In this document: piece by piece, positions 8,596 through 17,636 of the stretch
Numbering within the stretch: the first letter of the stretch is position 1
How the letters are laid out: every line of letters starts with the position of its first letter
Source: an uncultured Lachnospiraceae bacterium
GTDB lineage: Bacteria > Bacillota > Clostridia > Lachnospirales > Lachnospiraceae
Length of the DNA: 64,000 bases
NCBI GenBank assembly: GCA_944384025.1
Contig: CALWRS010000004.1
Location: 34,581-98,580, forward strand
Reading direction: 5' to 3'
The notes under the pieces: model-generated
The model's input: only the letters and a program-made list of their open reading frames with translations
Database searches by the model: none
What the model was told of the DNA's origin: nothing
Position numbers and translations under genes: made by a program

Positions 8596-9651
8596 TCAGA
8601 CAGTTTCTTGCATACTCGCAATCATTCGCTCGTACATCTCTTGAAGCCCCATCGTCGGGCGATACCCAAGCGCAGCCAGCTTATCGGTATTTAACCGCAT
8701 CACAAAAGGCGGCGCGTAACCAAGCGCGGAAGCGTCCTCGTCAATAGAAAAAGTAACGCGGATTCCCGCCTCCGTAAAAGTGTCCGCTACCATCTGTGCC
8801 ATCTCCCGAATAGAAAGCACAATGTCCGGGTTGGCAACGTTATACGCTTCTCCCGGTTTTCCTTTTGTTAAAAGAACGAGAAGCGAAATAACTGCCTCGC
8901 GCGTGTACAAGTAGTTTCGAACCGTCGTGCCTTCCGTTTTAAGCACAATATCCTTCTTTTCCAGAACGCACCGCGCAAATTGCGCAAATACGCGGTTGTC
9001 TGTATAAGCGACTCCCGGGCCAAACGTCTGCGTCAGACGTGCCGTTGTTACGCATACTCCATACTCTTTCGCGTACGATGCGCAAAGGCACTCCGTCAGC
9101 CGCTTTGCTTCCGGGTAGCTGCTGCGAACCTCCGAAGGATTTAGGTATCCATAGTCTTTCTCCGTAATGGAAGCAAGGGACGAATCCGGCGTTCCGTATA
9201 CTTCCATTGTCGATAAAAACACCATCCCTTTTACCGCTTTTTCTCTGGCAAACGCAAGCATGCTCCGGCTTCCGCAAAGCACTGTCCAGATTGTTTCCAC
9301 CGGCTTATCTACAAACATCTTCGAATCTGTTACGCTTGCGCCGTGAACAATGTAGTCCACCGCCTCGTCCAGGCAAAACAGCTCGTTTGCATCCCACACA
9401 TGAAAACGAAGCGCTGCGTCCCCGGAAAATTCCAAAAACAGCTTCTTTGCTTTTTCTACGTTTCGCACAACGGCGATCACGCGCAAAGAAAGCGCGCGGA
9501 CACGGTTTGCACAAAGCAAGGCAAGTACAACCTGCCTGCCAATTAGTCCGGTCGCTCCGGTCACAAGCACCGTGCTTCCTACAAGCTTTTCCCACTCCAC
9601 TGCGGGAGAAGCCGCTGCCAGTTCCATATCTTCTCTCATAAACCGATCCAT
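8596..9651 (-). CDS. NAD(P)-dependent SDR (epimerase/dehydratase/reductase family)
   Basis: 351 aa. Rossmann motif VLVTGATGLIG and catalytic YxxxK (SSYPEAK). The exact start is uncertain among three N-terminal Met codons. Confidence 0.85.
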   Translation of the reverse strand: MDRFMREDMELAAASPAVEWEKLVGSTVLVTGATGLIGRQVVLALLCANRVRALSLRVIAVVRNVEKAKKLFLEFSGDAALRFHVWDANELFCLDEAVDYIVHGASVTDSKMFVDKPVETIWTVLCGSRSMLAFAREKAVKGMVFLSTMEVYGTPDSSLASITEKDYGYLNPSEVRSSYPEAKRLTECLCASYAKEYGVCVTTARLTQTFGPGVAYTDNRVFAQFARCVLEKKDIVLKTEGTTVRNYLYTREAVISLLVLLTKGKPGEAYNVANPDIVLSIREMAQMVADTFTEAGIRVTFSIDEDASALGYAPPFVMRLNTDKLAALGYRPTMGLQEMYERMIASMQETV

Positions 9652-9660
9652 AAAAAAACC

Positions 9661-10710
9661 TCATTTTTTGCCTTCTGTCCGTTCGCTTTCCTTTAACAGC
9701 GGCGTAATTTTTATATTTGCGATCCATCGAAACGGATACTCAAAGATTTTCGTTGACAGGACGAATACGGTTATCGTAATGATGCCCAGCAAAACGAAAA
9801 ACATAACCTTGTTATTAAACAGCATCCCCCAGTTGTATTTTAATTCCGCTAAGTACAAAAATCGATGCCCGATATATACTTGCAAAGTCCGGTTTCCAAA
9901 GCGCGTAAAAAACGTTCTCTTTCTTGGCGCAAGGACAAGAAACGCCCAGCACAAAACAAGTGCCAGCACATAAAACGCTACACGTGCCAACCACATCGTG
10001 CCAAACGAAAAAATATCGGAGGAGATTGACTGATATTGATAAGACGCTACAATAATGCGTTCCGGGATTACGGCGCGTTCAAAAAATGTAACGAACGCTA
10101 CTGCTCCAAAAAGCAAGGCGGCAACTGCCTTCTTCCACTTTCCGTCCACAAGCTTTTGCAGCCGCTCTTTTGTACAGTAATATCCTAGCAGGAAAAACGG
10201 CAGATGCACCAGCACGCGGCTAACGCTAAACGCTCCCGGCAGCTTTTCGTCGTAACCCATCAGTAAAGAAACGCCAAAGGCAATCGCCAGCATGTTCTTT
10301 GGCTTTAACTTGTCCATAAACGGAAGCAGCACGTACCAAGCCACTAAGCATTGCAAGTACCAAAGAGACGAGCGCGCCGCCACAACACTTTTCGATATAC
10401 CTGTATCCTTTAATACAAAGTACTCAAAGCACCAGACCGCTGCCTGTGAAAAAAGAAAAAGCAGCAAGTAATAAAACGGTTTTTGAATATTAAACCTGCC
10501 GCCCTGAATATACTTTTTAGCAAAAAAGCCGGACAGAAAAATAAAACACGGCATATGAAAGCTGTTAATCGTATACCAGACCATATATACCGTATCATGG
10601 TCTTTCTTCAAGGGGCTGATACCGTGCGCCAGCACGACCAGAAAAATCAAGAGAAATTTTGCATTATCAAAAAACGGATCGCGTTCTTTACTTTTTTGTA
10701 CTTCTTTCAT
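9661..10710 (-). CDS. Membrane acyltransferase family 3 (polysaccharide O-acyltransferase)
   Basis: 349 aa, about 10 TM helices. N-terminal FDNAKFLLIFLVVLAHG is typical of the Acyl_transf_3 family. Confidence 0.8.
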   Translation of the reverse strand: MKEVQKSKERDPFFDNAKFLLIFLVVLAHGISPLKKDHDTVYMVWYTINSFHMPCFIFLSGFFAKKYIQGGRFNIQKPFYYLLLFLFSQAAVWCFEYFVLKDTGISKSVVAARSSLWYLQCLVAWYVLLPFMDKLKPKNMLAIAFGVSLLMGYDEKLPGAFSVSRVLVHLPFFLLGYYCTKERLQKLVDGKWKKAVAALLFGAVAFVTFFERAVIPERIIVASYQYQSISSDIFSFGTMWLARVAFYVLALVLCWAFLVLAPRKRTFFTRFGNRTLQVYIGHRFLYLAELKYNWGMLFNNKVMFFVLLGIITITVFVLSTKIFEYPFRWIANIKITPLLKESERTEGKK

Positions 10711-10712
10711 CC

Positions 10713-12581
10713 CTACTCCAAAATTCGACTTACGTATTTCACATCAAGATGATGGGTTCCCACAACGCAGGCGCCCATCTCCCAAAGTTCCTTTAGCTGC
10801 GTTAAACTGGATGCCGAGAGCACCCAAGAAGCAATTCCGGCCGCTTTGCACTCTTGTCCCAACTCGGAAGAAAACTGTTCTCTTGGGATAAACAGTCTCA
10901 TAATTTTTTGTTGTTTGCAAAAAGCAAGCTGCTTTGCAAACGATTCCTCCGGAGATTCCAAAAAAGGCTCGAGCGAATAGGCAAGCGCTACGCCAGGAAG
11001 CATTTTTTTTGCCGCCAATACGTGCGCACGCTTTTGCAGACGGAGGATCACGCGCTTTTTAAGCGCTTTGTGTGACGAAAGCAGTGACGAAATTTCCAAG
11101 AAAAATTGCTCCAGATATTCGCTACCGGGCTTACCGATATCCAATACCAGCGTAATTCCCCTACAGCCTTCTGCCGCGCAGAAAATCTCTTCCATGCTGG
11201 ATGCCGGGTACGTATCGTAATACCGGGCGTTACGAAACGTCTCCCAGTCCACTCCTTCCTTTTCTTCCCCGGAAACGCCTAGCCGCTGAAACGTCGCTTT
11301 GTTCCAGCCGTTTACCGCTACCGAAACGCCGTCTTTTGTCAAGCGCATGTCTACTTCAAACAGACGGAATCCTTTTTTGTAATTTTTTAAAAGAACCTCC
11401 GCGCAATTCAAATTGCCATATCTGCGCAAATCGCCGCCGCCGGCAAGCGCCAGCAGCTTTTCTTGTACGTTAAAATGCGTTTCGCTGCAAGGCTTTTGCG
11501 AAGTTCTCAACACTTCGTTTAAAAACCGCAAAGCCGGCTGCATCAGCCGGTACCGCTGCCAGCGCGGCCAAAACAACCGATTTCGCTTTGCATGAAGCAA
11601 AAGCTCCACGGCTTCTTTGGCTTCGCATTTTGCAGGGGCAAGATAGTTTTCCGCCTCGCCGATTCGCTCGCTCCATATCCGCACTTTATCGTTCCAAAGA
11701 ATTCCAACACTTGGAATACCGAGAGAATACGCAATAATATGCGCGTGCATCCGTCCCGCAATCACTCTGTGAAAACCGGAAATCGTCTCCACAAGCTGCC
11801 TGGCGCTTCGCGGTCTGGGCATACAGCATTCCTCTTTGGAAACGCCCATATGTTCCACAATCGCATTCATAAACTCTTCGTCTCTGCCAACGCCATTTGT
11901 GAAAAATTTCCACGGTATTCCTCGTTTTGTTAATTCCTCCGCGATCCCACTCCAAAACGACAGTTGTTTTTTTCTCGGAAAAGAGTCATTTCCATAATCC
12001 GAAAAAACCCCGTCGCGAATAACGCCAATACCGATTGTCTGCGTCTCCGGCTGCCGCTTTATATGAAAGATATCCGAGGAAAAAATCGCAGGGTCGTAAA
12101 CGAGCCGCTTCGGCGTTTTCGCACCGGACAAATAGCTGTCAAAAAGCAGCTGCCAATCGTCTCTTGTCGTCACCCCGCGCACACAGGGAAGCCGCAGGGC
12201 AGCTGCAAGCTCCTGACAACGCGCGTTGCTCTCATCGTAGCCTTCCACACCCACTGCATTAAAATAGACCGGGATTTTTTGTGCGTCTGCAAAGCGCACG
12301 ATTTCCACAATACGACGGTCAAACTCTTCCTGCCGGAATTTAAGAATTCCGCCGCCTACAAAAAGGATTCCGTCCGCTGCTTTAAGCACTTCAAAATCCC
12401 CGGAAGCAATATTGTACCGAATTAAGTTTACCGGCAACTTTCGCTTAACAATCTTCCCGCGCAGCAACTGCTCCACGCAGTCTGCAATAACTGCGTCGCC
12501 CATGTTCCAATTCAAAATATCTACCAGTACCAGCTTCTTTTTTCGGATATCTCCCATGATGTTTCTTGTCTGCACCTTCAA
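10713..12581 (-). CDS. Polysaccharide pyruvyl transferase fused to a GDPD/PI-PLC-like TIM-barrel domain
   Basis: 622 aa. The N-terminal ~360 aa carry pyruvyl-transferase-like blocks (NWNMGDAVI, ILFVGGGIL, IAGRMHAHIIAYSLGIPSVGILWNDKV). The C-terminal ~250 aa carry a GDPD-like core (FEVDMRLTKDGVSVAV). The track start is TTG; an ATG at 12557 is an alternative. Confidence 0.6.
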   Translation of the reverse strand: MKVQTRNIMGDIRKKKLVLVDILNWNMGDAVIADCVEQLLRGKIVKRKLPVNLIRYNIASGDFEVLKAADGILFVGGGILKFRQEEFDRRIVEIVRFADAQKIPVYFNAVGVEGYDESNARCQELAAALRLPCVRGVTTRDDWQLLFDSYLSGAKTPKRLVYDPAIFSSDIFHIKRQPETQTIGIGVIRDGVFSDYGNDSFPRKKQLSFWSGIAEELTKRGIPWKFFTNGVGRDEEFMNAIVEHMGVSKEECCMPRPRSARQLVETISGFHRVIAGRMHAHIIAYSLGIPSVGILWNDKVRIWSERIGEAENYLAPAKCEAKEAVELLLHAKRNRLFWPRWQRYRLMQPALRFLNEVLRTSQKPCSETHFNVQEKLLALAGGGDLRRYGNLNCAEVLLKNYKKGFRLFEVDMRLTKDGVSVAVNGWNKATFQRLGVSGEEKEGVDWETFRNARYYDTYPASSMEEIFCAAEGCRGITLVLDIGKPGSEYLEQFFLEISSLLSSHKALKKRVILRLQKRAHVLAAKKMLPGVALAYSLEPFLESPEESFAKQLAFCKQQKIMRLFIPREQFSSELGQECKAAGIASWVLSASSLTQLKELWEMGACVVGTHHLDVKYVSRILE

Positions 12582-12593
12582 CCTTCTCTCTGC

Positions 12594-15368
12594 TTAGAAA
12601 ATATCGTTCACCTTTGGATACCGCTTCTGGAAGGCAATAACTTCCTCGTAAATCCGCGCCGCATTGTTATGATCGGAAAAGGCGTAAAAATCATCAACCC
12701 GACGGCAATACTCCTCCTCCAAAACGCAGTTTCTCGCCATATACGAACAAAGCACATCAACAATTTGCTCATGCTCCGTACAAATAGGACCAAAGCCCAT
12801 CGTTTCGTACTTTAGTCCGCTGGATTCGTATTGCGGAGGCAAAACAGACGGATGATAATAAACAACCGGCTTTTTCATGTAAGCAAAGTCAAATTGAACT
12901 CCGGAATAATCGGTAACCATCAAACTGGACTCGGTTAGCACCTGTTCGTAACTAATTGCGCTTGTCGCCGCAACAATATCTACGTAGTCATTTTTATCAA
13001 AATCCTCTAATTGGCTGCTCATGGCAGGATGCAGCAAATACATAATGCGGTATCCGTGCTCTTTTGCCGCGGCAATGAGACGTTCGTCATTTATGAGTCC
13101 GTTATATAACTTAAAATAATCGCTGTTTTTAAATGTCTCGCTGTGTCCGTACGTACTTCCCTTTTTCGCCGCGCCGGTCGTAAAGCTTCGTCTCCACGTC
13201 GGCGTAATAAGAATTTGACGTTTGTCTTTGTTATACAGACCGTCGTACCGCGCGTGTCCGGTCAGTTTTAGCATGTCCGGATCGTAGTAGTCATAAATTT
13301 CGTGTTTCACGTTTTCGACTTCGTATTTCGATGCAAAGAAATAAAGCACGGTGTTGTCAAACGTTCGATTTTGGTATTGTGCGATTTTCTGAATCGTAAG
13401 ACCATGCGCCAGACAGGCAACGCGTCCGTTGAATAAGTCTTTAAAATACAGCTGCGCCTGCTTCGTAAACCCGTTGCAGTGCAACGTATCTACGTGCGTT
13501 GCTAAAATCATATCGGCATGCAGCGCCGTCAGGCGGTGCCGAAGGGAATTAAACCGCAGAACGTTTTTCGGATACTGTTTTTTCAAGCGCAGATAATCCG
13601 GTGAATCCCCGTTTACAACATAATACAATTTAACGCCGTTTTCTCCTTTGCGGTGCTGCATAACGTATTGAAAGAAGTACTCGCCATTATCTCCAGCCTT
13701 GAATAGCTTATCTTGCGTAAGCCAGATTCGACGGTGCTCATAAAACGGCTTTGTCAGCCAGTAAACCGCCCGCATTCCGGCGCACAAAATCCCATATTTA
13801 TGTCTACGTTTTTTCTTTATAAACTGCCACATCAGCTTGCACTCATTCACAAATATGCGGCTTCGCGTTGCTTTTGTCACAACGTAGATATCGTTTGCCA
13901 CATCGTATTGCAGCATTTTCTTGTCAAATGCGTAGTACGTTGCAGAAAAAGCGCGGTTTAACTTTGACTGCGGCCTGCTAAACAGCGAGTGCACTGGAAA
14001 TTCCCTACCCTCATAAACGAGATAAAATTGGAACTTATTTACATCGTTCGAAAACAGTTTGGAAGGGAGGACTCCCTGGAAAGTAAAATTCCTATCAATC
14101 GTTTCGTTAAAAACCTTAACTAAGCTATAGACGTGATTCGTCCTTGTGTTATAGTTTTTCCCGTTCACCTTGGCAATAAACGAAATCTGCTCCGGGTGAA
14201 ACAAGTAGCTGCCGGTAAATTTTGCGTCAATCGTCAGATTTTTTCCGTCGTAGTAAATAACCTGTATTAACAAGTGCTTTTGCCGGATGTCTCCTACCGA
14301 GGCGCCGTTAATTTTTCCAAGCAGATTATGGTCTTCTTCACGGTACGTAATTTCCGGAAAAAGCTTGGGGGTATTATATTTCATTCGGAAATAGAACGTT
14401 GTAAGCGATTGCTCCGAAATCTTCATTCCGGCAATGTTCCACTTCGCGACAACCGAGTCAGAAACGTAGCGAAGCGCCTCCCGCGTTAAGTCGAAAAACC
14501 TTTGCTTTTCCTCCCCTTGAAGAATGGACTTATCCCGCTCGTTTAAGTTGCAGCTGTAGCGAAGCTGAATTAAATACATCACCATGTACTGTGCGCAAAG
14601 CGGGCTGTTCTCGTTAAGGAAGTCTGCAAGAAAGTATTCCATTGTATTTAAATACCAGCTCTTTGAAAACTGCGCCGGATACGCAAACCAACAATTGGGC
14701 GTCGCCTCGTGCGAAAGAATTTTTTCCGGAAACAGCCAATAGCTCATTTCCTCACACAAAAGCCGAACCAGCACCTGCATCAGAGCGTCCTCTGGCAGTC
14801 TTTCATCAAATACAGCCTCTTTTAGGCGATTTGCCGGATAAAAATAGCCAAGAGGATACAGTGAAAAAGCGTCGGGAGATTTTTCTAGGGAAATGCATTT
14901 TGGCGCTGCTCCTCGAAATTCCCGCTTCGCTCCAAAATACTTTTTTTCGGTCCCGTCTTTATCGACGTAAACGGGACGTATCGCCACAAGCGGTTCCGAG
15001 GACAAAGGCGTTTTCTTGGCAATTTCCGACAAGTGTAAAAGCGCCGCCGTTAATTGCTGCGGCTCAAAATCTTGTTCCGCCGTAAGGCACATTACAAAGC
15101 GTCCGGAAGCGCGATTTGCGCCCATACGAAAGCTCTCTCCTTGCAGGGCGGATTCGTTTTCCAGCAAAATTATCTCTTCCGACGCTTGCCACTGAAGCAT
15201 CCATTCCCGACTTGCCGGTTCACAAATCCCGTCAATCACAAAGATTTCTCCCTTGCAGCCGCTTTCGCAAAGCCCGTCCTTTAGCCGCAAAATAAGCTCC
15301 TTCGCCTGCACTAAATTGTCTACGTGAATTACAAACGACAAGAGCGTTTGTTCATTTTCTTCTAGCAT
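12594..15368 (-). CDS. Large TagF-family CDP-glycerol/alditol-phosphate phosphotransferase with GT2-like N-terminal domain
   Basis: 924 aa. The C-terminal half has TagF blocks (LITPTWRR, MVTDYSGVQFDFAYMKKPVVYYH). The N-terminal ~110 aa resemble a GT-A fold (LLSFVIHVDN..., FVMCLTAEQD) but show no clear DxD motif. Confidence 0.8.
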   Translation of the reverse strand: MLEENEQTLLSFVIHVDNLVQAKELILRLKDGLCESGCKGEIFVIDGICEPASREWMLQWQASEEIILLENESALQGESFRMGANRASGRFVMCLTAEQDFEPQQLTAALLHLSEIAKKTPLSSEPLVAIRPVYVDKDGTEKKYFGAKREFRGAAPKCISLEKSPDAFSLYPLGYFYPANRLKEAVFDERLPEDALMQVLVRLLCEEMSYWLFPEKILSHEATPNCWFAYPAQFSKSWYLNTMEYFLADFLNENSPLCAQYMVMYLIQLRYSCNLNERDKSILQGEEKQRFFDLTREALRYVSDSVVAKWNIAGMKISEQSLTTFYFRMKYNTPKLFPEITYREEDHNLLGKINGASVGDIRQKHLLIQVIYYDGKNLTIDAKFTGSYLFHPEQISFIAKVNGKNYNTRTNHVYSLVKVFNETIDRNFTFQGVLPSKLFSNDVNKFQFYLVYEGREFPVHSLFSRPQSKLNRAFSATYYAFDKKMLQYDVANDIYVVTKATRSRIFVNECKLMWQFIKKKRRHKYGILCAGMRAVYWLTKPFYEHRRIWLTQDKLFKAGDNGEYFFQYVMQHRKGENGVKLYYVVNGDSPDYLRLKKQYPKNVLRFNSLRHRLTALHADMILATHVDTLHCNGFTKQAQLYFKDLFNGRVACLAHGLTIQKIAQYQNRTFDNTVLYFFASKYEVENVKHEIYDYYDPDMLKLTGHARYDGLYNKDKRQILITPTWRRSFTTGAAKKGSTYGHSETFKNSDYFKLYNGLINDERLIAAAKEHGYRIMYLLHPAMSSQLEDFDKNDYVDIVAATSAISYEQVLTESSLMVTDYSGVQFDFAYMKKPVVYYHPSVLPPQYESSGLKYETMGFGPICTEHEQIVDVLCSYMARNCVLEEEYCRRVDDFYAFSDHNNAARIYEEVIAFQKRYPKVNDIF

Positions 15369-15386
15369 TTTCCTACCACCATTTTT

Positions 15387-16091
15387 CTAGTCTGTATTCT
15401 CTCCCGCAAGAAGCTGTGCCATCCGGTAATCAAACGGCCTTGTGATTTTAAAATTCGTAGAATCTCCCGGAACCATATGCACTGTGCGATTCCGAAGAAA
15501 GAACAGTCCACACGCGTCCGTTACGCCGGAAAGTTCCTCTTTCGACAGCTCCGATACAACGCACTCGTAGTCGTAGAGCCGAAAGCTTTGCGGCGTCTGC
15601 GCTTGAAACATTTGCGCGCGTTCCGGCATTTCCGACACTTCACTGCCGGTTAAGGAGCGGACAATTGTATCCGTTGCCGCGATAAAAGTTCCGGCGGCTC
15701 CATATTCTGTCGCCGCCTGAATGTTCTTTGTAATCATGGACGCCGTCACAAACGGACGCACTGCGTCGTGCGTTACAAGCACGTCTTCTTTTTTTAAGTG
15801 GAACTGTTCCTTTGCACTCTTTACAAGCGCCGCAAGCGTTTCTTGACGGCTTGCACCTCCCGCAGTTAAATAAACAGGCGCTTCCGGGAAATACTGCGCC
15901 ACAAGCTCCCTCCCATATTGTAACCATTCAGGATGCATTCCAATCACAACACCGTCTATAAGCGGATGCCGCACGAACCGTTCCGTCGTCCGTATAAAAA
16001 TCGGACGCTCTGCCAAAGGCAAAAACTGTTTCGGGCGGCCGCCCCCCATGCGTACTCCGCTCCCTCCGGCCACAATCGCCGCTATATTCAT
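15387..16091 (-). CDS. IspD/TarI-family cytidylyltransferase (paralog 1, TarI-like)
   Basis: 234 aa. MNIAAIVAGGSGVRMGGGRPKQFLPL, VTHDAVRPF, NIQAATEYGAAGTFIAATDTIV, AQTPQSF, KITRPFD. By eye it is colinear with S. aureus/S. pneumoniae TarI. Confidence 0.85.
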   Translation of the reverse strand: MNIAAIVAGGSGVRMGGGRPKQFLPLAERPIFIRTTERFVRHPLIDGVVIGMHPEWLQYGRELVAQYFPEAPVYLTAGGASRQETLAALVKSAKEQFHLKKEDVLVTHDAVRPFVTASMITKNIQAATEYGAAGTFIAATDTIVRSLTGSEVSEMPERAQMFQAQTPQSFRLYDYECVVSELSKEELSGVTDACGLFFLRNRTVHMVPGDSTNFKITRPFDYRMAQLLAGENTD

Positions 16092-16110
16092 ATGTACATT
16101 CCCTTTCGTT

Positions 16111-16380
16111 TTAATCTAAGAAACCAAATCCATTTTTCACACCGGCTAAAAGCTCCGCAAGCACTTCTTCCTCTCCGACTCCGTTGCAAACAAGCGCAAT
16201 CGTCTCTCCGCATTTTACCTGCGCGCTTAAAATTCCCAACACACTTTTTGCGTTCACTTGATACTCGCGCACTTCAAGGTACACCGTACACGGGTATTTT
16301 AACGCAATCCGGCTCATCGCACCTGCCGGTTTAATATGAAGCCCCTTGGCATTTACTACAACCGCTTCTCCACGAATCAT
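16111..16380 (-). CDS. HPr-family phosphocarrier-like protein
   Basis: 89 aa. His15 context GLHIKPAG and Ser46 context NAKSVLGIL. Its start overlaps the cdaR stop as ATGA. Confidence 0.75.
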   Translation of the reverse strand: MIRGEAVVVNAKGLHIKPAGAMSRIALKYPCTVYLEVREYQVNAKSVLGILSAQVKCGETIALVCNGVGEEEVLAELLAGVKNGFGFLD

Positions 16381-17636
16381 GATTCCCCCTGCATTCCTTT
16401 CTCCTGAATATACACCGAAACCCGCTGCGTAAAGCTGATTTCCAGCTCCGCGTCGCTTCGCAGAACGACGCTGTAATAATTATCTGTCGAAGTGCACGAC
16501 GAAAGGTCCAAATAAAGCTGCAAATCTTCCGCCTGCAAATCCTCCAGTACTTCCGAAACCCCATAAACCGGAAGCGTCACCGTGTTCTGCAAATAACTCA
16601 CTTCAAAGTTTTCTTCCAAGTTCCTGATTTCAATCGCCTGCGAAGGAAGAGGAATTGTAAATTCCTTTCTGACTAGCAGCTCGACCGAAATGCTTAAAAC
16701 AAGCGTTGACGTATCAGACTTTAGATACACGCCCTCCGGCAAATACTTTGCAATCTCAATCTCTACCTCTTCACTCTGCATCAGCGAATCGGCCGCATAT
16801 GGAATTGTAATTTTCTCCAGTTCGTCAAGAACTTCCCTCTTTGCGGCAATTTGAATCGTCTTCGGGCTGTAATCAATTCCGGCAATTCCAAAGCCTTCCG
16901 CCGCCGTTACCGCAGACGTTTCAAGCTCAATTGGAATTTCCTTTACCGGAAGAATCGTAATGTCTACCTGCACGTAATTCTGCGCGATATTCAGTTGGTC
17001 GGCGTCAATTGCCACTCCGTTAATATCTACCGGACTTAGCGTAACCGATGTTTGAAAACTTTCCGTGCGGCCGGTTAAATCAACGGTTCCAACAAGCCGC
17101 GCAACGCTCTCCACCTGCGTCTTTGAGCCGGAAATTTCAAGCAGCTTTGAACTGATTGAACTGCAAAACGCGTAGTAGCCGTCCGCCACATTTTCCGTTT
17201 TAATATCAACCATGGCCATATCTTCCAGGTATTCCACTAGAAGAATACTCATAACCGCATTGGACTGGTACGTAATTTCCGTTAAATCCGCATACTCTGT
17301 CCGATTCAGTTCCACATGAATCGGAACGGCGTTCACCCAGCCGATTTCCTGAAAATCTACGTAGGCCGTAAAATCTTCCGCCTGTAATGTCTCCACAACC
17401 GAGCGGCTGCCGCGCACCTTAATGGTCACGCGGTTTCCGGACAGCGCCTCGTAAACCATCCCCTCAGCGGAGACGGCTTCTTCGTTTCTTCGCTCTACCG
17501 GAATGTTTTCAATCGTTCTTGTTACCTGCGGGTCAGAAACGCTCATAATCACAATCCAGACCAGACCCGCAATCACGACCGAAAGCAGCTTTGTCCCAAG
17601 GTTTTTTGTAAACATCGCCTTTAGCTTTTCTTTCAT
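16377..17636 (-). CDS. cdaR: CdaR, YbbR-repeat regulator of diadenylate cyclase
   Basis: 419 aa. N-terminal TM helix followed by repeated beta-rich YbbR-like modules. It lies immediately downstream of cdaA with a 4-nt overlap. Confidence 0.8.
   Translation of the reverse strand: MKEKLKAMFTKNLGTKLLSVVIAGLVWIVIMSVSDPQVTRTIENIPVERRNEEAVSAEGMVYEALSGNRVTIKVRGSRSVVETLQAEDFTAYVDFQEIGWVNAVPIHVELNRTEYADLTEITYQSNAVMSILLVEYLEDMAMVDIKTENVADGYYAFCSSISSKLLEISGSKTQVESVARLVGTVDLTGRTESFQTSVTLSPVDINGVAIDADQLNIAQNYVQVDITILPVKEIPIELETSAVTAAEGFGIAGIDYSPKTIQIAAKREVLDELEKITIPYAADSLMQSEEVEIEIAKYLPEGVYLKSDTSTLVLSISVELLVRKEFTIPLPSQAIEIRNLEENFEVSYLQNTVTLPVYGVSEVLEDLQAEDLQLYLDLSSCTSTDNYYSVVLRSDAELEISFTQRVSVYIQEKGMQGES

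Noticed and set aside
8596-8621. 26-nt overlap between the LicD and SDR genes as given by the ORF track
   Set aside because: It is resolved by using the internal ATG at 8546, which has a GGGAGG SD. The same logic applies to the other track N-termini that begin at TTG or GTG (accC, tmcAL, aspartate kinase, mrp, rsmD, fabH, the small membrane proteins).
15387-16091. Annotating this gene as the housekeeping MEP-pathway IspD
   Set aside because: By-eye similarity is closer to TarI, and the gene sits directly upstream of a TagF-family gene with no ispF nearby. I cannot exclude IspD without seeing the rest of the genome.
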